Source: a virus (taxonomy: Duplodnaviria > Caudoviricetes). From it: a stretch of DNA of 64,000 nucleotides. Shown piece after piece: positions 9,510 through 19,489 of the stretch. The notes beneath the pieces were generated by a model. The model was not told the DNA's origin and searched no databases. It saw only the letters and a list, made by a program, of their open reading frames with translations. The stretch covers positions 160,001 to 224,000 of IMG/VR virus record IMGVR_UViG_3300021978_000001. One strand, 5' to 3'. A program made the position numbers and the translations under genes. Position 1 is the first letter of the stretch. The number at the start of each line of letters is the position of its first letter.

Positions 9510-9793
9510 AACTTCCTCATTTTCAAGGGGGGTGTTAACCCCGGGCACGTTCGTACAGGTAGAACAGAAGCGCGCTACAACTCACCGCGCTGATACGGTA
9601 AAGGGTGGCCAGGGGTTCTCCGCTGTACAGCTCGTAACCCCCAATGAGAAAAATGGCACATGCCAGAATCCCCAAGCCCCGCGACATCTTGACTGTGTTC
9701 CCTGAAATCATTGCACGTCTCTTCTGTGATAGAATGGTTACCTTAACTGCTGTCTCACGTCAAGCACCTAAGCGTAGGGTACCCCCATCACCA

Positions 9794-9806
9794 AAATCTA
9801 TCAATA
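9794..9806 (+). promoter_or_regulatory. candidate late promoter motif
   Basis: AAATCTATCAATA; resembles TAATCTATTGATA upstream of the sheath gene. Confidence 0.35.
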
Positions 9807-9853
9807 CTTCATTTGTGTTTGACGTGGTAAGAGCTTCCCGGAGTGAGACAGGT

Positions 9854-10474
9854 ATGGACCTCGACAGCTTGACATACGGTGCGCTTGATCGGAAGCAGCT
9901 CGAACTGCTCAAGAAACCCACACACTTTTTTACCTGTGATGTGGGTGATCTTCCTTTGGTCAAGCCCATGCGCAACAGCGACCCCAGGGTAGCGCAGGAG
10001 ATCCGTTTCCTTATGCACCTCATGGAACGCGCGCCCCTGGCCGAACACTTCATCGAGATGGCAGACCGTGATCTGCTCCAACCATTCGAGCAGCGCTTGC
10101 AACAGATTGGAGCCCCGAAGCCTGTGTGGCTGGCGCCGTTGGTCAAGCAAGTCTCGACGTATGTCCTGTATCTCAAGGATCACTACCAGCGTCCTCGACC
10201 CAACCAGCTCGCGCCGCACCTGGGGCTCGAACTTCACCCTTATCCCACGATCACGGGGCACTCCCCCGCGTACCCCTCGGGACATTCAGCACAGGCTATC
10301 GTGGTGGGGCTCGCGTTGCGTCAAACCTTTGGCAAGCACGGGTTCATGGCGATTGCAAAGGGCATCTCACTGTCCAGGCTTCAGCTCGGGGTACACTACC
10401 CATCCGACAAGAAGTATGGGGAGTATCTCGGGTACTGGCTCTTCCAACGCTGTCAGATTGCGTTCAAGCCTTGA
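9854..10474 (+). CDS. PAP2 superfamily phosphatase / vanadium haloperoxidase-like protein
   Basis: KDHYQRPRP, PAYPSGHS, SRLQLGVHYPSD. Confidence 0.85.
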   Translation: MDLDSLTYGALDRKQLELLKKPTHFFTCDVGDLPLVKPMRNSDPRVAQEIRFLMHLMERAPLAEHFIEMADRDLLQPFEQRLQQIGAPKPVWLAPLVKQVSTYVLYLKDHYQRPRPNQLAPHLGLELHPYPTITGHSPAYPSGHSAQAIVVGLALRQTFGKHGFMAIAKGISLSRLQLGVHYPSDKKYGEYLGYWLFQRCQIAFKP

Positions 10475-10490
10475 ATACCTTCGAGTACCC

Positions 10491-11183
10491 TCACAGGTAG
10501 TTGGTCGGATCTTCCCACCACAAGCGATCGTACTCCTCATCTTCGTCAATCGAAACGCGGTCACGTTCGCTAATCTTGGCTGCGAACTCGGCCAAGATGA
10601 CCATCATCTCTTCTTCTCCCCTGGAGAAGCTATGCTCTTCAGCATCGGAGAGGCTCTGGTCTTCGTCCTCCTCTCCGGGACCCTCCAACAAGGATTGAGG
10701 CTCGAACTCCTCATCCCACACCAACGAGAGCACAAGTTTCTGCTCTCGCGCATGTCCATCAAGGTAACGAGCCAGCTCACGCAAGCCTTCATCAATATCC
10801 CGCTCCAGAAGCGGGAAGTGGTCACGCACACCCTTCACGTAACGTGCAAGGCGTACTTTCCACACGCGAAGCGCCAACACGCGCAGCTTCGCGTCGTCAC
10901 TACCAGGTAAGGGGACATCGGGTCCCAGATCCCGAACCACATCCAACTGCGTGGGTACCCAGGTCAAATAGTGCTCGAAGATACGTGTGGCGCGCGCCTC
11001 CAACTCGAAACCGCGTTCCAGGTGCGAGGGTGGAAAATGATTGCGCAAGAGGCGACGCACATCCTCCCACGCATACCGCATCTGCGTCCCATAAGCCTTC
11101 GCGTTCACACCCTCATCGCGGCTCTTGAGAGATACCACCCAGAGGAGAAGCGATAGCACGACCAATAGGATAACAAAACTCAT
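10491..11183 (-). CDS. hypothetical protein with N-terminal TM
   Basis: Hydrophobic N-terminus, acidic C-terminus. Confidence 0.6.
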   Translation of the reverse strand: MSFVILLVVLSLLLWVVSLKSRDEGVNAKAYGTQMRYAWEDVRRLLRNHFPPSHLERGFELEARATRIFEHYLTWVPTQLDVVRDLGPDVPLPGSDDAKLRVLALRVWKVRLARYVKGVRDHFPLLERDIDEGLRELARYLDGHAREQKLVLSLVWDEEFEPQSLLEGPGEEDEDQSLSDAEEHSFSRGEEEMMVILAEFAAKISERDRVSIDEDEEYDRLWWEDPTNYL

Positions 11184-11371
11184 GGTTCCACCTCCCCGTC
11201 ACAACCATCATGAGGTAACATGGGCTTGATATGACGAGACAAAAAAAGAGCGCGACGAAGATCCCAGAACCCCACCCGCCCGTAAGTCAGTGCCCAACCC
11301 ACTGCCGATAACGAAAGAAAGGCATAAAGTGGACCGGCAATCCATACAAGGGCTGCGGTTTCCGTGACCAT
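11180..11371 (-). CDS. small membrane protein
   Basis: Hydrophobic 63-aa ORF overlapping the next start. Confidence 0.5.
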   Translation of the reverse strand: MVTETAALVWIAGPLYAFLSLSAVGWALTYGRVGFWDLRRALFLSRHIKPMLPHDGCDGEVEP

Positions 11372-11408
11372 CGCGCGCTCCTAGAGTACGCTCCTGTGTA
11401 AGTGAGAC

Positions 11409-13286
11409 TCAGCCCTCCAGCTCGTCGGGAGCAACAACGAAGCTGACGGTACGCGTGCCGTCGAGGCCCACATTGATGCTGATCTTTCCGTCATCCAGGG
11501 CTTGTTGTACCACAGCAGCCAGGGCCGTGTCCACTACACGCCGCACAATAACCTCTTGCTTGCCAGGTGCCAGATCTTGCGGCACCTCTTGCGTAGTCTC
11601 GTCAGAAACATCGGAGACATCCGCAGCAGCGACTTCCTGGACTTCTTGCTGACCCGCATCCTGAGTCTGTACCTCTTCCTTGGTTTTCACCTCTTGAGGC
11701 TGTTCGGTCGAGCCCGACTGAACCGTTCCCTTGGAAGCGCGGCTCCCGCGCGCGCCCATGGCGGCTTCTGCCCAGAAGCGGTTCAACTGCTCCCCTTCCG
11801 AAAGCGGCTGCTCATCTTCGGACGTCTCAGTAACCTGCGGCTCAGAGGCAAGGGGTGCGGACAGGGGAATCTCCTGTTGCGCCGATTCCAACTCGGACTC
11901 ATCCAGAGTCTCCGCCTGTTCAAGCAACCAAGAAGGCTCAGGCATAAATACATCATCTGCGCCGGGCTGACGCGAAACCACGCGACGGATCAACGGGCGC
12001 GCCGTTTCACTCGCCTCATCGAACGCCGTGGTGAGGTCGAAGCCATCATCGACGATGCGGTACCCGTAAGGCCGCATGTCCTTCGAGATCTCGATCACGC
12101 CACGCGCTTCGAGCGCATGCAACGGCGTCGCCACGAGCGCACCCGAGGTGGACTGGTAGATCCCACGGAACGCAGGCGCTACGAGCTGTGCTTGCGTAAC
12201 CTGGACCGTGCCCTCGCGCGCGCCATAGTGATCGAGCACCGCGAGCAAGAGCAAGGACTGCGCCTCAAGCTCTCCCCCTTCGAGCGGCTCGTTGTTCAAG
12301 TAGGACTGCTCCCACTCTTCCAGCTCTTCCTGACCGACCTCCGGGAAGAGGCGCAGCCCCTCACGGATCGAGGCGTAGTTGTTGTTCTTGCGGCGCAAGA
12401 TCGCACGGTCCACCATGGAGTTCACCGTAGTCGCGATGTCCGAGTAGGAGAGGCCCGTCAATGCGTGCAGCTTGCGGATGCTCAGGGAGTCGTTCGAGCC
12501 TTGCAACCCGCGCATGTTGTACAGCGCGAAGAAGTTGTACAACGCGCGCTCATCCTCAGAAAGGTCGAGGTACACGCGCTTGTCCTTGGCCTGCCTCACT
12601 GCGTCTTCCAAGCGGTACGTGACCTCGAACTCGGTCTGAATCTGCTTGAGGCGCGAGCGCACGAGCGCGTTGAACGCAGCCTTGAATTTCCACTGCCCGG
12701 TGAGCGTTGTACTATGACGCTCGTTGTAGAGCTTCGTCAGGTGATCGACGCCTTTCCTGTAGGCTTCTACCTCCTGATATGCCTCCAGAGCCTCGTCTAC
12801 CGTCTCCATGATGCGAAGGAAGACTTCCTTGCACGCCTTGAGCTGATCGACGTACACGTTGGCCGTGCGGATCTTGAGCGAGGGCTTCTTGAGCGTCGTG
12901 TACAGTTCCTCGATCGAGAAACCTGCAAGCTCGTAGGGCGTGAGGTACTGATTCTCCGCTTGTTGGATGTTGGTGTGATCATAGTCCCAACCAAACATCT
13001 TCTCCCCGAGCAACGGCACCTTCGCATGCGCGAAGAACCGCACCTCGAAGTTATGCACGATCACCGCAGCATACGCGACGAGATCGAGGAGGATATGACT
13101 GTGCAATCCCTCGTCGATGCGTTTCACAGCATCGGGGCCGAACATCTCGGCAAACGCAGACTGGTGTGGGACAGGATGTGCAGACAGCAGGCGCGCTGCG
13201 GGAATCTCGGGCGCCTCCGAGGTGGAGATGAGATTGGGCGTGATGTCGGGCGTGTTGGAGGTCGTGTCGGTCGTACTCGTGGTCAT
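11409..13286 (-). CDS. large coiled-coil / winged-helix-like protein
   Basis: 625 aa; helical N-terminus, HTH-like LHALTGLSYSDIATTVNSMVDRAIL and LHALEARGVIEI, long acidic linker. Confidence 0.7.
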   Translation of the reverse strand: MTTSTTDTTSNTPDITPNLISTSEAPEIPAARLLSAHPVPHQSAFAEMFGPDAVKRIDEGLHSHILLDLVAYAAVIVHNFEVRFFAHAKVPLLGEKMFGWDYDHTNIQQAENQYLTPYELAGFSIEELYTTLKKPSLKIRTANVYVDQLKACKEVFLRIMETVDEALEAYQEVEAYRKGVDHLTKLYNERHSTTLTGQWKFKAAFNALVRSRLKQIQTEFEVTYRLEDAVRQAKDKRVYLDLSEDERALYNFFALYNMRGLQGSNDSLSIRKLHALTGLSYSDIATTVNSMVDRAILRRKNNNYASIREGLRLFPEVGQEELEEWEQSYLNNEPLEGGELEAQSLLLLAVLDHYGAREGTVQVTQAQLVAPAFRGIYQSTSGALVATPLHALEARGVIEISKDMRPYGYRIVDDGFDLTTAFDEASETARPLIRRVVSRQPGADDVFMPEPSWLLEQAETLDESELESAQQEIPLSAPLASEPQVTETSEDEQPLSEGEQLNRFWAEAAMGARGSRASKGTVQSGSTEQPQEVKTKEEVQTQDAGQQEVQEVAAADVSDVSDETTQEVPQDLAPGKQEVIVRRVVDTALAAVVQQALDDGKISINVGLDGTRTVSFVVAPDELEG

Positions 13287-13335
13287 GTTTCTACTCCTAT
13301 ACTGGAAGGATTCACCACTGAACCCTTGACCAGAA

Positions 13336-13364
13336 ATAATAGAGCAGACCTGGGATCACGTCAA
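13336..13364 (-). promoter_or_regulatory. sigma70-like promoter
   Basis: TTGACG-N17-TATTAT on the minus strand. Confidence 0.65.
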
Positions 13365-13411
13365 GAAGACTTGAGGTTTTGCGTGATCGTATCACGATCA
13401 TTGAAATGAAA

Positions 13412-13493
13412 TGCGGATGGAGGGAGTCGAACCCTCACGGCTTTTCGCCACAGGTATCTGAAACCTGCGTGTCTACCATTCCACCACATCCGC
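13412..13493 (-). tRNA. tRNA-Leu(CAG)
   Basis: GCGGATG/CATCCGC acceptor; CAGGT-TTCAGAT-ACCTG; long variable arm. Confidence 0.92.
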
Positions 13494-13514
13494 GTCGTAT
13501 TGTACTCTTGAACA

Positions 13515-13587
13515 TGCCCGCAGAGGGACTTGAACCCCCAACCCCTCGCTTACAAAACGAGTGCTCTACCAGTTGAGCTATACGGGC
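13515..13587 (-). tRNA. tRNA-Thr(TGT)
   Basis: GCCCGTA acceptor; TAGCTCAACTGGTAGAGC D-arm; CTCGT-TTTGTAA-GCGAG. Confidence 0.92.
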
Positions 13588-13596
13588 TTGGTGTAC

Positions 13597-14232
13597 TCAC
13601 CACTGTGCAGCTTGAAGCGCTGCGATCACGTCCGCTTCCGCGACGTTGGGAGAAGGCGTGATACCCTGGTAGAGCTTGCGCGCGATGGCTTCATATAAGC
13701 GGTGCAAGCTCTCTTCGCGCGTACCTGCCTCTCCTCGAACCTTCTGCGTCGTCGAAAGCGTGTACAACCAATCGGGAGCCAGGCTTACCCAGCGCTCACC
13801 TTCCTTGAGGGTGAGCGTTGCATACTCTCGCGCTTGCTCAAGGTGTTCGGGGTCATACATGAACACCTCGACCACAGTGGCCAGAGGTCCCATGTAATCG
13901 AGAGGCATTTCTGCGTCGGTATCATACAAGAAGACCGCGAGGGGGCGCTCGTGTCCAAAAGCAAGGACACGAGCCGTACCCACAAAAGGCTCACCCGAGC
14001 TGTTGTAGGACACTCGCGTCTTCCATTCAGGATAAAAACGATCATGAACCTGCGTCGAGAGCAACAAGCGTCCGACAGGTAAGCCTGACGCTGCATGGAG
14101 ATCGACAACATCGACCAGCGATTGCAAGGAGAAAACACCCTGGAGCGCATCCATGCGTAGAATCTGCTCGTCCGCAGGAGCCGTCCCGAGCAATGAAGCC
14201 AAAAGTTCTCGCGTATCTGTCAAGCTCAACAT
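13597..14232 (-). CDS. hypothetical protein
   Basis: 211-aa ORF lying between tRNA genes. Confidence 0.65.
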   Translation of the reverse strand: MLSLTDTRELLASLLGTAPADEQILRMDALQGVFSLQSLVDVVDLHAASGLPVGRLLLSTQVHDRFYPEWKTRVSYNSSGEPFVGTARVLAFGHERPLAVFLYDTDAEMPLDYMGPLATVVEVFMYDPEHLEQAREYATLTLKEGERWVSLAPDWLYTLSTTQKVRGEAGTREESLHRLYEAIARKLYQGITPSPNVAEADVIAALQAAQW

Positions 14233-14251
14233 TCCTGAAACCTCACAATGA

Positions 14252-14324
14252 AGCCATCGGCGGGAATCGAACCCGCGATTTCTTTCTTACCAAGAAAGTA
14301 TCGTAACCACTAGACCACGATGGC
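14252..14324 (-). tRNA. tRNA-Thr(GGT)
   Basis: GCCATCG/CGATGGC acceptor; CTTTC-TTGGTAA-GAAAG; GGTTCGATT. Confidence 0.9.
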
Positions 14325-14327
14325 ACA

Positions 14328-14399
14328 AGCCCCACGGGAGACTCGAACTCCCCTCTCAGCATTACGAGCGCTGCGCGTCGCCATCTACGCTTGCAGGGC
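14328..14399 (-). tRNA. tRNA-Thr(CGT)
   Basis: GCCCTGC acceptor with two G-U pairs; CAGCG-CTCGTAA-TGCTG; AGTTCGAGT T-loop. Confidence 0.8.
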
Positions 14400-14481
14400 A
14401 TGCACGTGTACAAGCATCTCTAGCGTGATGCCTATTCCCCGTCCAAGCACCCATACACTCAAGAGCACACGTTCGAGCCCG

Positions 14482-15045
14482 TCAAGGGGCAGCGAGGCGC
14501 ATCTTCAAGATGATGTGCCGCACGTCCCTCTTCGTGGTCACCGCCACCATACCCCTGTGACGCATACGCGTCAAGCATGCCGACAGCGCTGACGAGTTCA
14601 AACCAGGGATCTGAGCCTCGAACTGTTCAACCAGTTCCGTGTTGGAACCCTCGATGCTCAACACACGCGCCTTTCTCGGGTGCGCGTGTCCCTGATCACG
14701 GAGCGTCTTCTCTGCGGTGAGTTGCATCACGCGCAGGATAGAGAGTTCTCTTGGAGGCAACGAGGCAGGGTCCACCCAAAGCACGCCTTCCTGTTCTTCT
14801 GCATCAGGAAGGCGGTAACACGCTGCGGTATCACCCTGGAGCAGATCAGCGCCCATACGCTCCAATTCATCCATGAACAGAGCTACTTCACGCTCGCGCG
14901 CTTCCAATAAAGCCTCGCGCTCATCCAACTCCCGAGCAATAGCATCCAGGGCTTGATACGCAGGCGCCAGGGTATCCGACAATTCCTCGTCCAACACCCT
15001 GGCGACTGCGAGCCTCAAGCGTTCTTGGGCCTTGTCTTCCATCAC
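14482..15045 (-). CDS. coiled-coil + winged-helix-like protein
   Basis: N-terminal coiled coil; C-terminal ALSACLTRMRHRGMVAV. Confidence 0.65.
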   Translation of the reverse strand: MMEDKAQERLRLAVARVLDEELSDTLAPAYQALDAIARELDEREALLEAREREVALFMDELERMGADLLQGDTAACYRLPDAEEQEGVLWVDPASLPPRELSILRVMQLTAEKTLRDQGHAHPRKARVLSIEGSNTELVEQFEAQIPGLNSSALSACLTRMRHRGMVAVTTKRDVRHIILKMRLAAP

Positions 15046-15914
15046 CCGCGCTCGTCCTGGGGGACTGCGCGCAACGCAGCGCGACGCTTGGGACCGGGCT
15101 TCGCGTACACCAGGAACGTCTCGGGATTCGAGACGCGCGTGGTCAGGCGCACACGATACGGGCGCGCGCCGGGGTTGACTTCTTCGAGAAAGCCCTCCAG
15201 CGCCAACTGCGACAGGGCCGCGTAATAACTGCCATAGGGGTACGCGGTGGCGTTGACTTCAGGGTACAACTCATCCACCTTGAGCAAGATGGTATCGAAA
15301 TCATCGCGCGAAGACGTGACCTCGAAAACATCACAATCGCGCGCGAGAACGCACAGGATGCCCAGGAGTTGGGAGGTGCGGTTGAACGTATGCACCGCCT
15401 CGGTGGAGACCGGCAAGGCTTGGTACGAGGTCTCCGTAGGCGGACCAGACGAGAAAGCTCCCGCAGGGGGCGTGCCACGCTCGCCGTAGAGCGGCGAAGT
15501 GTCCTGCACACGCGCGTCGAGGGAGGCGAGGCGCTTCGTAATGATCGAAGCGTCTGCATCGCTCTCGCTCGTGAGCGTCGCCAGGACTTCAGCGAGCTTG
15601 TTGTCGAGATGCAGGCGGCGCTTGCGAATATCCTGTTCGTTGCGGATCAGGACCTCACGCTCCTCCTGGATCGCCTGGACCGTGGTCACCAGCGCGTTGA
15701 ACTGTTCAGCGTCTTGCTGGAGACGCGCTTCGCGGCGCTGGACTTCCTGCTCACGCTGGGAGACCTCGCGGAGCTTCTCCTGAACAAAGAGGTTCTGCTC
15801 CTCCTCTTGCGCCTTGATACGCTCCGTCTCTTCGGCCACCAATCCCATCACGCTTTCGAGAATCCGCTCTCGAAGCTCGGGGTGGATGTTGGGGGTGGAT
15901 TGATTCTCTGCCAT
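15042..15914 (-). CDS. coiled-coil + winged-helix-like protein
   Basis: Long coiled coil; C-terminal YYAALSQLALEGFLEEVNPGARPYRVRL. Confidence 0.65.
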   Translation of the reverse strand: MAENQSTPNIHPELRERILESVMGLVAEETERIKAQEEEQNLFVQEKLREVSQREQEVQRREARLQQDAEQFNALVTTVQAIQEEREVLIRNEQDIRKRRLHLDNKLAEVLATLTSESDADASIITKRLASLDARVQDTSPLYGERGTPPAGAFSSGPPTETSYQALPVSTEAVHTFNRTSQLLGILCVLARDCDVFEVTSSRDDFDTILLKVDELYPEVNATAYPYGSYYAALSQLALEGFLEEVNPGARPYRVRLTTRVSNPETFLVYAKPGPKRRAALRAVPQDERG

Positions 15915-16078
15915 AACTTCCTCGTTTGTACTCGTTGACTGTACTCGTTGATCTTTGTTCGTAGGTATCTGATCTGCCACACACATCAACCCAAGCAAGG
16001 CATGTATCCCGGCAGTGGTGTATGTGATACCTTATGTGAAGCCTTTACGTCAAGGCATTTTTTGTGGAAAGGATAACA

Positions 16079-16393
16079 TCAGGGGTGGACATCATCGTAC
16101 CAGGGATGAGGCACCCAACCTGTGCCGCGACATTCCTCACAGCGTGGGTGATACTCTCGTGTGCCTTGCCCTTGACACACGCCACACTCGACGTCATAGA
16201 TCACGCCTTCATGCATACAGTAGTCACAACCCTGTGTCCCTCTTTCGAGGCACGCGGGGCACGGCACCTCATCGAGAATACCGTGCCCCTCACAGGAAGA
16301 GCACGGCTCCTCGATAAGCCTGGCGAAATCGAGCCCTTCCATCTTACAGACGGGACACTCGACCATCATAACAGGGGGCATGCGATGCTTCAT
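16079..16393 (-). CDS. DnaJ-type multi zinc-finger protein
   Basis: Repeated CxxCxGxG (CSSCEGHG, CDYCMHEG, CGVCQGQG, CEECRGTG). Confidence 0.8.
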   Translation of the reverse strand: MKHRMPPVMMVECPVCKMEGLDFARLIEEPCSSCEGHGILDEVPCPACLERGTQGCDYCMHEGVIYDVECGVCQGQGTREYHPRCEECRGTGWVPHPWYDDVHP

Positions 16394-18810
16394 GCCGTAG
16401 CATCCGGGGCCACATCACCCTCTCCCACAGAAGCAGAAGGCGCTTCCCATCCCCGGAACACCAGGGGCGGGATCTCTTCAACGCGCTTGACCGGATAAAA
16501 CGTCATCTCCTCGCGCACGGAATCCTCCACATCCACGAGATCCTTGACACACAGCGCAGGCAAGACCACCTCACGGATACCCGCACGGTGCGCAGCGATG
16601 ACCTTCTCCTTGATGCCGCCCACAGGAAGGACATGACCTGAAAGGGTGATTTCACCTGTCATGGCCACGTCCTTCTTGATGGCGATGCCCGCCAGACGCG
16701 ACAGAATCGCGCTGAACATCGTGATGCCCGCAGACGGACCATCCTTGGGGATGGCGCCCGCAGGGACGTGAATGTGCAGGTCATACTTCTTGATGTCTGC
16801 ACCGTCGATACCATACGCCTTCGCGTGCGCACGGATATAACTCAGAGCCGCACGCACCGACTCTTTCATGACATCACCGAGTTGGCCAGTGAGCGTGACC
16901 TCACCCTTGCCGCCCTCCATGGCCTGGACTTCGATAAAGAGGATGTCCCCACCCACCGAAGTCCACGCGAGTCCTGTCGCCACGCCTTCCTGGTCTTCAC
17001 GTTGCGCGACCTCGGACACATAACGAATAGGACCGAGCGCTTTCTTGACGCGCTCCTCATCCACCGTAATCGAGGCTTCTGCGCGCTCTTCTGGCGTCAT
17101 CTTGACCACCTCGACCGCGACCGAACGGCAGAGGTCCCCGAGGCGACGGTTCAAGTTACGCACGCCCGCTTCACGAGTGTAGTTGCCGATGATGTAGGGC
17201 ACCACGTCATCTGCCAGGAGCGCTTGCGTTTCCAACAAGCCGTGGTCTTCGATTTGCTTGGGGAAGAGGTAGCGTCGGGCAATCTCGGACTTCTCGAAGA
17301 TCGTGTAGCTCGGCACATCGAGCACCTCCATACGATCCTTGAGCGGCGGAGACAGCGTATCCATCCGGTTGGCGGTCGCGATGAAGAGCACATTCGAGAG
17401 GTCGAGGTCCACTTCGAGGTAGTGGTCGTTGAAGGTGTGGTTCTGGTTGGGGTCCAGCACTTCGAGCAAGGCCGCAGAGGGGTCCCCACGGAAGTCTGCA
17501 CCCACCTTGTCAATCTCATCGAGCAGGATCACGGGGTTCATTGTCCCTGCTTTCTGCAACGCGCGAACGAGACGACCAGGGAGCGCGCCCACATACGTGC
17601 GGCGGTGCCCACGGATCTCGGATTCATCACGCACACCCCCGAGGGAGATGCGGACAAACTTGCGCCCCAGAGCGCGAGCCAGAGACTTCGCGATCGAGGT
17701 CTTCCCGACTCCGGGAGGTCCGTGCAGGCACAGGATGGGACTCTTCATATCCTCCTTGAGCGAACGCACCGCGAGGAACTCGATGATGCGGTCCTTGACC
17801 TTATCGAGTCCGTAGTGGTCTGCGTCGAGGATCTCTTGCGCACGGTCGAGGTCGAGGTTATCCTCGCTCAACACAGCCCAGGGCACGTCAAGCATTTGCT
17901 GAATGTAGGTGAGCGTCACCGAGAACTCGGAACTCGACGGCTGCATCATCGAGAGGCGACCGTGTTGCTTGATACAAGCATCATAGGCTTCCTCGGGCAT
18001 ATCCGACTCCTCGATCTGTTCGAGAAGCTCGTCCAGCTCACTGTTCTCCTCTCCCAACTGATCGCGAATCACACGGAGCTGTTGACGCAGCAAATACTCA
18101 CGTTGTTGGTTGTCGTTCTGCTCGCGCATCCGTTGCTTGATGTCATCCGCGAGGTTTGCCTGGAGGCGTTGGTTGTTGAGCCACTGCATCAACAGCATGG
18201 CACGCTTGACAACATCATGCTCGTTGCTCAACGCCAGGAGATCTTCCGGGTCAGGAGACAGCTCGACCGCCAAACGATCCACAAGCTCTCCCAGGTCGCG
18301 TGACCTCTTGAGCATCTCCGAGGCTTCGGTAGGAGCATCGACCATGGTCTCCAGGAAGGTCAGTGCCTCTTCCAGCAGAGCTTGTTGTTGTGCCTTGAGC
18401 GTGGTGGCATCCCCCTCGAAGGTTTCCTCGAAAGGCTCGAAGATACCGACCAAAGGGGCGTCTGCATCCTCGGGCACCTGAAGCTCGACCAACACGAGGC
18501 GCTCGATGCCCTCGATCATCGCGACCTTCCCTTCCTTCCCCTCTCGCATCTGGGAGATGAGCTTGACGCAGCGCACACGCGTCGCGACCACATGCACATC
18601 ATCCATGCCCTGAATTTGATCGAGACTCAGGCTGTCCTCGACTTGCGTCACAGTCGCGAAAGTAAACTCGGGATCTTCGACATCGAACGCGTCGAACATC
18701 GCGAGGGACTGAGGACGACCGATACCCACAGGCAACAGTTGGTAGGGGAAGATGATGTGCTCACGGAGCGCGAGCACAGGGAGTTCGATTCGAGTAGGCG
18801 AATCTGCCAT
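16390..18810 (-). CDS. lon: Lon (La) ATP-dependent protease
   Basis: LON N-domain, [27 protein letters not shown] (catalytic Ser), GGIKEK (catalytic Lys). Confidence 0.98.
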   Translation of the reverse strand: MADSPTRIELPVLALREHIIFPYQLLPVGIGRPQSLAMFDAFDVEDPEFTFATVTQVEDSLSLDQIQGMDDVHVVATRVRCVKLISQMREGKEGKVAMIEGIERLVLVELQVPEDADAPLVGIFEPFEETFEGDATTLKAQQQALLEEALTFLETMVDAPTEASEMLKRSRDLGELVDRLAVELSPDPEDLLALSNEHDVVKRAMLLMQWLNNQRLQANLADDIKQRMREQNDNQQREYLLRQQLRVIRDQLGEENSELDELLEQIEESDMPEEAYDACIKQHGRLSMMQPSSSEFSVTLTYIQQMLDVPWAVLSEDNLDLDRAQEILDADHYGLDKVKDRIIEFLAVRSLKEDMKSPILCLHGPPGVGKTSIAKSLARALGRKFVRISLGGVRDESEIRGHRRTYVGALPGRLVRALQKAGTMNPVILLDEIDKVGADFRGDPSAALLEVLDPNQNHTFNDHYLEVDLDLSNVLFIATANRMDTLSPPLKDRMEVLDVPSYTIFEKSEIARRYLFPKQIEDHGLLETQALLADDVVPYIIGNYTREAGVRNLNRRLGDLCRSVAVEVVKMTPEERAEASITVDEERVKKALGPIRYVSEVAQREDQEGVATGLAWTSVGGDILFIEVQAMEGGKGEVTLTGQLGDVMKESVRAALSYIRAHAKAYGIDGADIKKYDLHIHVPAGAIPKDGPSAGITMFSAILSRLAGIAIKKDVAMTGEITLSGHVLPVGGIKEKVIAAHRAGIREVVLPALCVKDLVDVEDSVREEMTFYPVKRVEEIPPLVFRGWEAPSASVGEGDVAPDATA

Positions 18811-18937
18811 GTTTTCCTCACTTTACTTCAAGAGCTTGTTTTTCAAGCCCTGTTCTGGTCTCTGTTCTGTTTGTACGATAGGTCCATGTGATACATTTAC
18901 CCGAGGTGTTCTCTTTACCCGAACGGGGGCGAATCTC

Positions 18938-19489
18938 ATGACCCTATTGGTGCTTGACCTGGAGTATAACCAACCCACCCGGCGCATCATCCAGGTGGGT
19001 GTTGTACGCGTGGATACAACACAAGGCAACATTGAACCATTGTTCGATTCTCTTGTCAACCCGGAAGAACCGCTTGACGCCTATATCACAAGGCTAACAG
19101 GGATCTCCCAGGAAGACGTAGATGCCGCGCCTACACAGGGTACCGTACTTGACGCCTTCTGGCAAGTAGTAAAAGATCTACCAGGACCCGTGACCTTGGG
19201 AGGATGGGGAGACGACACCGCCAAGTTGCTCAGGGAAACCCAGAGAAGCAAGGTCACACCGCTACCCATCATCGAAGCCAATTTCATGACCATGTGGGAC
19301 GTCTTCAGACTTCAGGGAGAGCACAAGACATCACCCAAAACACGTGGACTGAAAGCCGTCATGAAGCATTATGGCGTTACGTTCCGGGGCAACCACCACC
19401 ACGCCTTGACAGATGCTTGGGCCACCGCAGAGGTCTTGCTCAAGATGCGCCAGGAGATGCTGGCACTTCTTGGGATCGAGCAAGGTTGA
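18938..19489 (+). CDS. DEDDh 3'-5' exonuclease (DnaQ/KapD-like)
   Basis: VLDLEYNQ, ITRLTGISQEDVD, HHALTDA. Confidence 0.88.
   Translation: MTLLVLDLEYNQPTRRIIQVGVVRVDTTQGNIEPLFDSLVNPEEPLDAYITRLTGISQEDVDAAPTQGTVLDAFWQVVKDLPGPVTLGGWGDDTAKLLRETQRSKVTPLPIIEANFMTMWDVFRLQGEHKTSPKTRGLKAVMKHYGVTFRGNHHHALTDAWATAEVLLKMRQEMLALLGIEQG

Noticed and set aside
11502-13409. Long plus-strand ORFs, also 16768..18303, 42153..43601, 43779..46079, 47314..49047 and 34587..35885
   Set aside because: Antisense shadows of GC-rich minus-strand genes; no motifs or RBS, and they mirror the real genes.
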